A stretch of 64,000 nucleotides of DNA, from the NCBI GenBank assembly GCA_963796055.1, contig CAWCKH010000004.1, forward strand, positions 96,001-160,000, in the 5' to 3' direction. A model generated the notes under the pieces. That model had not been told where the DNA came from, did not search any database, and worked only from the letters and a program-made list of their open reading frames with translations. The translations under genes and the position numbers were made by a program. Shown in pieces: positions 29,210 to 37,410 of the stretch. This stretch comes from an uncultured delta proteobacterium (GTDB lineage Bacteria; Myxococcota; Myxococcia; Myxococcales; Myxococcaceae). Every line of letters begins with the position of its first letter. Within the stretch, counting starts at the first letter, position 1.

Positions 29210-32200
29210 GGAGCCCGGGCCGCCCGCTTCTTCAGCGCGGGGAGGAGCTTCTTCACCCGGGCCAGGTCGGGCGACTTCGGGGCGAGGCGGGTGAAGTTCA
29301 CGTACTCGTCGTAAGCCCGGCGGGCATCGCTGTCACCCCCCGCGACGTAGGCATCGGCGAGCGCCAGACGGGTCGGTCCGTCCGACGGGTCGAGCTGCAC
29401 CGCCTTGATCAGCAGCTCGCGTGCCTTGGTCTCGTCGCGCAGCTTGCGGAGCACCAGCGCCTCGGCCAGAGCCGCGTCGGAGAAGTACGGCTGGAGCTCC
29501 ACCGCCAGCTCGGCGCTGTGCTTCGCGTCCTGCACCCGGCCATTGGCCAGCGCCACCCGTGAGGCGGCCACCGCGGCCAGGGCCCGGTCGCTCGCCTTCG
29601 GTGCCGCCGACGAGAGCCCCTGCAGCTTCGACAGCTGCGGCTTGCCTGCGGCGGGCTTGAGCAGCACCTCGCCGGCCAGTGCGCAGACGCTGGTCGGGTC
29701 CTCGCGCCCCGCCGCCTGGTAGGCCTTCTGTGCCTGCTGGAGGTTGCCCTGGCGCGTGTAGGCACGGCCGATGGCGCAGAAGACCTCGCTGTCCTTGGGA
29801 GCCATCGTGTTCGCCTTCTGCAGCGCTGCGAAGCCGGCGCGGCCATCACCCCTGGTGAACATGAGGCTCGCCCGGAGCCGGTGGGACTCGGCGTCCTGCG
29901 GGTCGAGCTTCAGCGAGCGGTTCACCGCCGCCTCCGCCTCCTTCCACTTGCCCTGCTGCGCGAGCGCCAGGGCGATGTCCTTCTGGGCGGCGGCGCTGGA
30001 CGGGTTCTCCGCGGCCCACGCCTCGGCCTGGGCCAGCGAGTCGGCCGGCTTGGCCAGGGCGAGGAATACCCGGGCGAGCGCGTGCCGGCTCTCGCCGTGG
30101 GCGCGGTTGCGCTGGATGGAGAGCTGGAGCGGCTCCACCGCCCGCTCGGGAGAGCCGGAGAGCCACACCAGGCGCCCCAGGGAGCACGCGCCCTCGTAGT
30201 CGCGGGGGTCGCGGCTGGCACCCTCGAACTGGGCCTTGGCCCGGTCGAGGATGCCCCGCTGCCAGTAGACCTTCCCCAGCGCCACTGCCACGTCGGCCCG
30301 CGGGCGCTTCGCCGCCCCCAGGGTGCGCTCCAGCACCGACTGCGCCTTGTCCGGATCACCCTCGGCGGCGTCGGCCAGCGCGAGCCAGGCGACCGCCTCG
30401 ATGGGGAACTTGCCGGCGACCGACGTCCGGGCCAGCTCGGCCCGGGCGCGCTTCCAGTCCTTCAGACGGCCCCAGGCGATGCCCCGGAGCAGGGACATGC
30501 GCCGGCCGGCGTCGTCGGCGAAGCGCTGCAGGAGCTCGCGCTCGCGGTCGCGGCCGAGCAGCACCCGCCCCAGGGCCTCCTTGGCCTCTTCGCTCTTCGG
30601 CCGCTGCTTGACCGCGGCCTCGAGGGACCTCTGCGCCGCGGCGAGGTCGCCGCTCGCCCGCAGCGCGTCGCCGAGCGCCACCTGGAAGTCGAAGGCGCGC
30701 TTGCCGGCGGAGGACGCTCCCTCGGTGAGCACCCTGACCGCCTGGTCGTGCGCCCCGTTCGCCGAGAGCAGCCGGCCGCGGTCGAGCGCGCGCCGGGCGG
30801 CCATCTCCGGGGTCAGCGCGTCGGGAACCAGCTTGTCCACCTCGGCCAGCGCCTGGGTGAGGTCCTGCTCCAGGGCGAACCGGCTCTCGGCCTCGCCGAG
30901 GGCGCGGCCCGGATGGTCGGGCGAGAGCTGCTCGGCGGTGCCATAGACGGTGAGCGCCGCCGCGTCGTCGCCCGCCTCGCGGTAGTAGTCGCCGAGGGCG
31001 ACGAGGGCGCGCACGTTGCCCGCGTTCAGCTCCAGGGCGCGCTTGAAGTGGAGCACCGCGCCCTTGGCGTCACCCTTGGCCAGGAGCAGCCGCCCCGCGG
31101 CGTCGTGCACCTCGCTCAGGTCCAGCGGCGAGTCGAGGATGGCCTTCCGGGCGGCGTCGCGCTCGGTGCCCTCGGCGGCCATCGCCCGGGCGACGAGCAC
31201 CAGCCCGGGGTGGCTGGTACCGATCTTCGGCCGGGCGAGCGCGGCCGCCGCTTGCGCCCGGTCCTGCGGCGTCCCGCCGTGCTCGTCGGCGAGCATCGCG
31301 TGCGCGTAGGCCTTGAAGTCCCACGCCTCGATGCTGTCCTCCTCCATGCGCAGCGCCTGGGCGAGTGACTCGAGGGCGGCCCGGTCCCCGGCGGCGGTGT
31401 CAAGCGCCAGCGCCTTGCGCGCCGACGACAGCGCGTCGGCCAGGTTCCGGCCCTGGTTCACCACCCGGGTGTGCCGGTAGACCAGGCCGCCGGCCACCAC
31501 CGCCACCGTCGCCACGATGGCGATGGCCAGCTTCAGGGCGTGGACCTGGAGCCAGCTCCTCTGCTTCGCCTTCTCGTCGACCCTTGCCCGGAGCGTCTTC
31601 TCGTACTCCTTGGCGATGGCCTCGGTGGTCCCGGTGGTCAGCGGGCGCTTCACCGCCGGCATCGATCCGGTGGGCAGCGGCGCGTCGGGCACGTCGGCGA
31701 GGAGGCTCGGCTCGGTGACGTCGTTCGTGCCCGCCTCGCCGCCGCGCGGCTCGCCTCCGCTGGCGCGGGCGCTGGCCGGGTAATCGGCCGGGCCCGGTGC
31801 GGTCGGTCCGTCGCCCACCGCGGAGAAGGAGCCCGAGCCCTTCCGCTCGGGCAGCGGAGTGAAGCCAGCCGCCTCGCTCAGCGCCTCGGGCGGAGGAGGC
31901 GGCGGCATCGAACCGGTGCGGGTCGGGCGAACGGCCGCCGCGCTCCCGCTGGGCGACCCGTTGGTGCGTGGGCGAAGCGGGCGCTCCGGGGGGTTGTCGA
32001 GCACCGCCGGGCGGATGGTGGGCGCCGGGCCGCCGGCGAGCGCCGCTTGCGTCTGCTCGAGCCAGACCTTCACCTGCTCGTCCCCGGGGGAGAGCGCAAC
32101 CGCCTTGCGCAGCAGCGGCAGCGCCGAGCGGTACAGCCCCTTGCTCACCAGGACCTCGGAGATGAGGTGGTAGGCCAGCGGGTCCTGGCGGTCCACGGCG

Positions 32201-32439
32201 ACGGCCCGGTCGAACTGCTCCATGGCCTCGGCGGGCCGGCCGAGCCCGATGAGCGCCTTCCCCCAGAGCACGTAGCCGTGGATGCTGTCCGGATGGTGGA
32301 CGAGCCCCTGTTGACACACCTCGGCCGCGCGGGCGTTCTCACCCTCTTCGACCAGCACCCGAGCCAGCTCCACGAAGAGGGTGGAGGTGGGATCGGTGGC
32401 GAGGAGCTGCTCGTACCGCTCCACCAGGGATTCGGGCAT
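29206..32439 (-). CDS. Large bitopic TPR protein (N-terminal TPRs, Pro-rich linker, TM, C-terminal TPR array)
   Basis: MPESLVERYEQLLATDPTSTLFVELAR start; TM LAIAIVATVAVVAGGLVY; many TPRs. Confidence 0.88.
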   Translation of the reverse strand: MPESLVERYEQLLATDPTSTLFVELARVLVEEGENARAAEVCQQGLVHHPDSIHGYVLWGKALIGLGRPAEAMEQFDRAVAVDRQDPLAYHLISEVLVSKGLYRSALPLLRKAVALSPGDEQVKVWLEQTQAALAGGPAPTIRPAVLDNPPERPLRPRTNGSPSGSAAAVRPTRTGSMPPPPPPEALSEAAGFTPLPERKGSGSFSAVGDGPTAPGPADYPASARASGGEPRGGEAGTNDVTEPSLLADVPDAPLPTGSMPAVKRPLTTGTTEAIAKEYEKTLRARVDEKAKQRSWLQVHALKLAIAIVATVAVVAGGLVYRHTRVVNQGRNLADALSSARKALALDTAAGDRAALESLAQALRMEEDSIEAWDFKAYAHAMLADEHGGTPQDRAQAAAALARPKIGTSHPGLVLVARAMAAEGTERDAARKAILDSPLDLSEVHDAAGRLLLAKGDAKGAVLHFKRALELNAGNVRALVALGDYYREAGDDAAALTVYGTAEQLSPDHPGRALGEAESRFALEQDLTQALAEVDKLVPDALTPEMAARRALDRGRLLSANGAHDQAVRVLTEGASSAGKRAFDFQVALGDALRASGDLAAAQRSLEAAVKQRPKSEEAKEALGRVLLGRDRERELLQRFADDAGRRMSLLRGIAWGRLKDWKRARAELARTSVAGKFPIEAVAWLALADAAEGDPDKAQSVLERTLGAAKRPRADVAVALGKVYWQRGILDRAKAQFEGASRDPRDYEGACSLGRLVWLSGSPERAVEPLQLSIQRNRAHGESRHALARVFLALAKPADSLAQAEAWAAENPSSAAAQKDIALALAQQGKWKEAEAAVNRSLKLDPQDAESHRLRASLMFTRGDGRAGFAALQKANTMAPKDSEVFCAIGRAYTRQGNLQQAQKAYQAAGREDPTSVCALAGEVLLKPAAGKPQLSKLQGLSSAAPKASDRALAAVAASRVALANGRVQDAKHSAELAVELQPYFSDAALAEALVLRKLRDETKARELLIKAVQLDPSDGPTRLALADAYVAGGDSDARRAYDEYVNFTRLAPKSPDLARVKKLLPALKKRAARAP

Positions 32440-32451
32440 CGTTGTCAGCCG

Positions 32452-32868
32452 ATGAAGGCTACCACGCGCCCCCTCCTCGCCTGCCTGCTCCTCGGTGTCG
32501 TCGGATGTCACGAAGGGGGCGCAACGCAGGCCAAGCTGAAGAGCACGTACGAGGACTTCGAGCTCAAGGCGCGCTGGAGCGAGTCGGCGGCGGTGGCGCA
32601 GATGCTGGTCCCCGAGCGACGCAGCCAGTTCCTCGCTGCGCGCGCCCGCGACGGGTCGAACCTGAACATCACCGACATCGAGCTGGTGGACGTCGTCCCG
32701 AGCGAGAGCGGGGAGCGCGCCACCGTCACCTCACGCTGGCGGTGGTTCCGCCTGCCCTCCACCTCGGAGCAGGCCCAGGAGGCCAAGGCGGTGTGGGTCG
32801 CCCGGGGCGGGGAGTGGCTGCTGGAGTCGATGCAGGGTGGGCCCTACCCGGACCTCTCGCCCCGCTGA
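32452..32868 (+). CDS. Lipoprotein (138 aa)
   Basis: MKATTRPLLACLLLGVVGC lipobox; C-terminal part of track ORF 31471..32868. Confidence 0.75.
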   Translation: MKATTRPLLACLLLGVVGCHEGGATQAKLKSTYEDFELKARWSESAAVAQMLVPERRSQFLAARARDGSNLNITDIELVDVVPSESGERATVTSRWRWFRLPSTSEQAQEAKAVWVARGGEWLLESMQGGPYPDLSPR

Positions 32869-32874
32869 TTCCCC

Positions 32875-32920
32875 AAAAAAAAGCGCCCACCGCCCCGGGG
32901 CCGGCCGGGACGGTGGGCGT
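32875..32920 (-). terminator. Rho-independent terminator
   Basis: Minus strand ACGCCCACCGTCCCGG-loop-CCGGGGCGGTGGGCGC followed by T8. Confidence 0.85.
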
Positions 32921-32953
32921 CAGGCGTCCCCCAATGGGACGCCCTCACATGTC
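32875..32953 (-). ncRNA. Candidate sigma-54-dependent small RNA (~79 nt, two stem-loops)
   Basis: Lies between a near-consensus sigma-54 promoter and a terminator; hairpin GGCGUCCC-AUUGG-GGGACGCC; no ORF except AUG-UGA. Confidence 0.65.
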
Positions 32954-32963
32954 CACATGGACG

Positions 32964-32979
32964 AGCAACACGGGTGCCA
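32964..32979 (-). promoter_or_regulatory. Sigma-54 (-24/-12) promoter
   Basis: TGGCACCCGTGTTGCT on the minus strand, matching TGGCAC-N5-TTGCW. Confidence 0.75.
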
Positions 32980-33153
32980 TGAGCCGCCTTCGGTGTTTTC
33001 AGGAGCTTGGAAGGCGCATTCACTGGTGGTCTTCGTCCGGCGTGGGGGAAACCACGACGTCTGTGTCGTGGTCTCAGGGAAGGAGTTCGAGCGGGCGAGC
33101 TCAGACCGTCAGCAGCGGCTCCGTGGCCCGCCATGCCCTGGTGACAGACCCAC

Positions 33154-33168
33154 AGGCACCGGCGTTGC
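33154..33168 (+). promoter_or_regulatory. Possible second, divergent sigma-54 promoter
   Basis: AGGCACCGGCGTTGC, GG-N10-GC spacing. Confidence 0.45.
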
Positions 33169-33371
33169 CCGTGGGGAACGCGGCGGGGATCGAGCACCGC
33201 ACGCGATCGCCAGGCACGTGGCTGGCCCGCACTCCGGGCCTGGCAGGTTGCAACGTGAGCGACGGAAGCCCCGCAGATTCCCAGGTCGTCACGGAGGGCC
33301 GGGCCGTGCGCCACCCTCCCTGGCTGGCCGGGCGTCGAGGGTGAACCCTCCGGGTGCACTCGATGAACGCC

Positions 33372-33595
33372 AGATTGCGTTCCACGTCCCCGAACGATCC
33401 CAGAGTCGGGTGGGGGTGTCTGGCAGCGGTCGTGTCAGCGCGCCGATTGACGCCTCGGGGACGTGGAATGCGATTCGGGGATGCCGGCTGCAACTCCACA
33501 TCCCGAAACGGACCCTTCCACGCTCGAGAAAGGTCGACTCCACCGCCCCCCCCCCGCCCAAGGGACAAATCGTTCGGGGACGTGACGTGCAATCT
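33372..33595. repeat. Three-copy inverted repeat family with core TCGGGGACGTG
   Basis: 33374-33393 is the inverted copy of 33455-33474 (18/20); 33383-33398 is the exact reverse complement of 33569-33584 (16/16). Confidence 0.8.
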
Positions 33596-33856
33596 CACGA
33601 TCCAAAGTGCTCGCGTGAACGGGCTTTTCCGCTCTGTCGCGAGATGTGTCCGTCCGGATCGCCGAAGCGCTCGGGGATCGCGCAGGCCGCCCGGTCATGC
33701 CTCGAGGTCAGCGCCTCGCAGTCCCCGACTGCTTCAGGGCTCTGCCGGCGCTCGTCCGAGTCGCTCCCGGTCGTGCCTCGAGACCCGCGGCCACGTTCAC
33801 CACGCCGGACACGCGCCCTCACACGCCCGGCCACCGGCCCCAGGCGGCTCAGCCTG

Positions 33857-34804
33857 TCACGCCGCCGCCCGCTCTCCGTCGACCGATCGAATGGTGTCCT
33901 TCATCGAGTGCTGGGGGACCCAGCCCACGTCGGTCCGCCACCGGCTGCCGTCCACCATGCAGAGGAACTGGATGTGGTCCAGCTCCGGCGGGGGGAAGCT
34001 CGCCAGACGGTACCGGAACAGCGTGCCCAGCAGCAGCCGGGCGATGGGGTGCGGCACCGGGATGGGCGTCCTGCCCAGCTCGCGCAGCACGGCAGAGAGC
34101 GGCACCTCCCCGGGACCGACAACGTTGTAGACACCCTTCAGCCCCGGCCGGAGCGCCTCCACCATCGCCCGGGCGGCATCCTCCTGGTGGATGAGCTGGA
34201 GCATCGGGTCGAACCCGGCCAGCACCCACGGGTGCCGCAGCCGCAGGTAGTTCGAAGGGGCGTTCCGGATCGTGGGCCCCAGGATGTGCACCGGCCGGAG
34301 AATGACGGTCTCGATGTCCGGGTGCCGCCAGAAGAATCCGTGGGCGAGCATGTCGACCTCGATCAGGTCGCGGACGCCCGAGAAGCGCGAGGCCGCCATC
34401 AGCGGGGCATCCTCGGAGAGGAAGTTCGAGTTGTCGGGGCTCGGGCCGTAGACGTTGGCGCTGGAGAGGACCACCACCTTCTTCACCCCGTACTTCGCCA
34501 CCGCCTCCAGCACCCGGGTGGTGCCCACCACGTTGAAGGAGTGGTGCTCCTCCGAGGACATCCGGGGGTCGTGCATGATCCCCATGTGGATGACCGCCTT
34601 CACGTCGTGGATGCGGAAGACGTCCTCGGCCTTCTTCTTGCGGAGATCCAGCTGGAAGAGCTCCACGTCCTTCGGGGCACCGGGGAACGGCCGGCGGTCG
34701 AGGCCGACGATGCGCTCGGTCCGGTGGAGCAGCTTGGTGAGCGTGCGCCCGAGGTTCCCGCCGATGCCGGTGACCACCACCACCTGTCGGGCCTCGGCGC
34801 TCAT
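33857..34804 (-). CDS. NAD-dependent epimerase/dehydratase (extended SDR)
   Basis: VVVTGIGGNLG, NVVGT, SSANVYG, LRP..ILGP, G.YNVVG. Confidence 0.9.
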   Translation of the reverse strand: MSAEARQVVVVTGIGGNLGRTLTKLLHRTERIVGLDRRPFPGAPKDVELFQLDLRKKKAEDVFRIHDVKAVIHMGIMHDPRMSSEEHHSFNVVGTTRVLEAVAKYGVKKVVVLSSANVYGPSPDNSNFLSEDAPLMAASRFSGVRDLIEVDMLAHGFFWRHPDIETVILRPVHILGPTIRNAPSNYLRLRHPWVLAGFDPMLQLIHQEDAARAMVEALRPGLKGVYNVVGPGEVPLSAVLRELGRTPIPVPHPIARLLLGTLFRYRLASFPPPELDHIQFLCMVDGSRWRTDVGWVPQHSMKDTIRSVDGERAAA

Positions 34805-34812
34805 CGGCTCGC

Positions 34813-35661
34813 TCACCAGAAGACGCTCTTCCGCTCCTCGAGGCCCTGCTGGAGCAGGCCCTGCAGCGTGGTCTTCACCACCCGGACCTTCTTGTCCAGC
34901 TCGGTGTCCTCGTCGTCCGGGCTCCCGGAGAACGTCAGCGGATCGCCGAAGTACAGCCGGTACTTGGTGGGCAGCGGAATGGGCGTCACCGTCACCGGGA
35001 GCGCCGGAAAGCCGATCAGCTTGCCCACCGAGCGAAGATTCAGCAGGGCCGGGGCCTGCTCCTCCGAGCCGATGATGGCCACCGGCACGATGGGCGTCGC
35101 CGTCTCCAGCGCCAGCCGCATGAAGCCGAGGCCGAACTGCTTGAGCTGGTAACGCTCGGGCCAGAGCTTGCTGATTCCCGGCACCCCCTCGGGGAACACC
35201 ATCACCGCCTCGCCCATGTTGAGCAACCGCCGGCAGTTCTCCGGCGTCCCGACGATCTGCCCGCTCCGGGCGAAGATGGTCGACACGTAGGGCAACGAGG
35301 CGGCCCACTTCTCGGTCATCGCCCGGACCAGGCGCGGCGGATCGTGCTCCAGGAGCATCGCCACGCCCACCATCGTCCCGTCAATGGGGATCTGCCCGGC
35401 GTGGTTGCCCACCAGGAAGACCCGTCCGCTTGGCACCCGCTCGATGCCGTGCGTCTCCACCCGGAAGTACTTCTTGTAGAGCCAGACGAACGGCGCGATC
35501 GCGGCCAGCGCGTAGTCGGGGTCGAAGCCGAAGGGGTCCACCCCGAACTCGCTGTTGCTCCGCTTCGCCATCGCCTCCAGCGCCGGCCCGCGGTCCCCGG
35601 CCAGCTCCAGGGTGAGCCGCTTCAGTCGCTGCCTCGTCTGCTCGCTCCAGCGCTCGAACAT
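34813..35661 (-). CDS. PlsC-family (lysophospholipid) acyltransferase
   Basis: DPFGFDP, NHAGQIPIDG (HxxxxD), VFPEG, GFMRLAL....PIVPV. Confidence 0.9.
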   Translation of the reverse strand: MFERWSEQTRQRLKRLTLELAGDRGPALEAMAKRSNSEFGVDPFGFDPDYALAAIAPFVWLYKKYFRVETHGIERVPSGRVFLVGNHAGQIPIDGTMVGVAMLLEHDPPRLVRAMTEKWAASLPYVSTIFARSGQIVGTPENCRRLLNMGEAVMVFPEGVPGISKLWPERYQLKQFGLGFMRLALETATPIVPVAIIGSEEQAPALLNLRSVGKLIGFPALPVTVTPIPLPTKYRLYFGDPLTFSGSPDDEDTELDKKVRVVKTTLQGLLQQGLEERKSVFW

Positions 35662-35739
35662 GGGGTCCGGGGCGTCCCTTCTAGCTGACTGCGGCCGCCC
35701 TGACCTCACCGACTGCAGCCCGCCGTACGACACCCCGAC

Positions 35740-36687
35740 CTAGCTGCGAGCGCTGTCCTGGACCGCCAGCGACCGGGCGGCCTCCCGGAGCGGCACGAGC
35801 TGGAAGTCCCGGGCCACCCACTCCATGACTTGCCGGAGCCGGGCGAGCTTGGTCGACAGCGGGAGGCGGAGGTCGGGCTGGGCGCGGGCCAGCTCGGGCG
35901 GCAGCCCGTCCTCCGGGCCGAGGACATCCACCGCGTGCAGCTCCAGCGAGAGGAACGGGTCCCCCCGGAGCCGGGTGTAAGCCGCGCGCACCATCGGCCA
36001 CGGCGCGAGCACCACGAAGGTGCCGATGAACGGAATCCGGGCGCCCGGCGTCACCGACATCGGCAGCTCGAGCAGTGGCGCCGCCCCGCGCCGCTCGGGC
36101 CGATCCGGGTCGGGCCGATAGGGCAGGCGCGGGGCGAGCAACACGCGAGGGGTGTCGAGGATGGCGACCGAGCGGCGGCCCCGGAGCCGGAGCCAGCCCA
36201 GGGTGAGCGCCTTCGCCGCCCAGTAGGGCGCCGCGGGGAAGATGCTCGCGTCGTAGGCGTACCCCCGGGCGACCACCGCGCGGAGCAGCGCCGGCGAGAG
36301 CGTGTACCCCGGGGCACGGAACCCGAGCGGAGACACCGCCCCCAGCGAGGCGAGCACCCCCTCGGCCTGAGCGAGGTCGCGGTCAATGTCCCCGGGCGGG
36401 GCGCGCGACAGGGCATAGGCGTGAGCGTGGCTGTGGCTCCCCAGCTCGTGCCCTCGCCGGAGCGCGTCCTCGAGCGGCGGGCGGCCGGCCTGGTCCACCT
36501 CGGCCCCGATGACGAACAGCGTGCCCCGGCCGCCCACGCCCTCCAGCAGCTCGGCGAACCGGGGAACGGCGACTCGATGGACGAGGCTCCGCGCCTCCGC
36601 TGTGACCACCTCCGACCGCAGCCCGTGCAGGGCCGCGTAGTGCGGCAGGCCGTCCAGGTCGATAGAGATGGAAGCCAGCCCGGTCAT
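35740..36687 (-). CDS. Polysaccharide deacetylase (CE4) family protein
   Basis: SISIDLD, TLFVIG, GHELGSHSHAH, GFRAPGY, YDAS, LELHAVD. Confidence 0.88.
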   Translation of the reverse strand: MTGLASISIDLDGLPHYAALHGLRSEVVTAEARSLVHRVAVPRFAELLEGVGGRGTLFVIGAEVDQAGRPPLEDALRRGHELGSHSHAHAYALSRAPPGDIDRDLAQAEGVLASLGAVSPLGFRAPGYTLSPALLRAVVARGYAYDASIFPAAPYWAAKALTLGWLRLRGRRSVAILDTPRVLLAPRLPYRPDPDRPERRGAAPLLELPMSVTPGARIPFIGTFVVLAPWPMVRAAYTRLRGDPFLSLELHAVDVLGPEDGLPPELARAQPDLRLPLSTKLARLRQVMEWVARDFQLVPLREAARSLAVQDSARS

Positions 36688-36695
36688 GCAGCCGC

Positions 36696-37410
36696 TCACC
36701 CGCCCCGGACCTGGATGACCCACACCAGCTTCGCCACCTGTCGGAGCACGTTGGGCACCCGGCGCAGGAGGTGGACGGAGGGCTGCCGCCTCTCCTCGAG
36801 CCGGATGGGAATCTCCAGCACCCGGATACCCGTCGCGCCAGGCGCGGACCACGAACTCGGAGGCGAAGACATCGCGGTCCACCACGCAGGACCGCGCCAC
36901 CGGCACCAGCCGCTCGCGTCGGAACGCCTTCAGTCCGTGGGTGTCGGTGCCCTGGAACCCCAGGAGCAGCCGGAGCAGACCGTTGTGGACCCGCGTCGCC
37001 ACCCGGCGGATGAGGGGCCGACGGTCCACCGCGCCCCGCGCCGCCTTGCTCCCCACCACCATGTCCAGGCCCGGGTCGCCGAGCAGCTTCAGCGCGCTGT
37101 CGTAGAACGTCAGGTCGCAGAGGTCGATCTCGTCGCAGAACACCAGCTCGCCGCGGGCCTGGAGCATCCCCTGCTTCAGGGCCGCGCCGTAGTTGGGCGT
37201 GGAGCAGTGGAACCAGCGCAGACGCGGGTTCGCCGCGGTCAGCCGCTCCAGCAGCGCCGGGGTTCCGTCGGTGGAGCCGTTCTCGGCCAGCAGCACCTCG
37301 TAGTCGAGGCCCCGGGCATCGAGGCCGGCGGTGAGCTCGGCCAGGGCGGAGGGGAGGATGCGCTCCTCGTTGTACACCGGGATGACCACGGTCAGCCGCG
37401 GGGCAGCCAT
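36696..37410 (-). pseudogene. GT2 glycosyltransferase (DPM1/ArnC-like) with a +1 frameshift near 36830 (pseudogene or sequencing error)
   Basis: VVIPVYNEE, ENGSTDGT, DTHGLKAF; span is 715 nt (3n+1); removing one base at 36829-36831 restores RDGIRVLEIPIRLEERRQPS...VRGG-stop. Confidence 0.8.

Noticed and set aside
33530..33560. tmRNA-like 5' end (GGGGGCGGTGGAGTCGAC on the - strand), or RNase P RNA
   Set aside because: No matching T-arm/CCA 3' end or tag ORF; no GAGGAAAGTCC RNase P motif
33372..33730. CRISPR array from the TCGGGGA repeats
   Set aside because: Copies are short, in both orientations and irregularly spaced; no cas genes
32837..33850. Protein-coding ORFs in the 1-kb gap (e.g. 33101..33598, 32844..33359)
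   Set aside because: No recognisable motifs, poor codon bias, no RBS; structure suggests non-coding function
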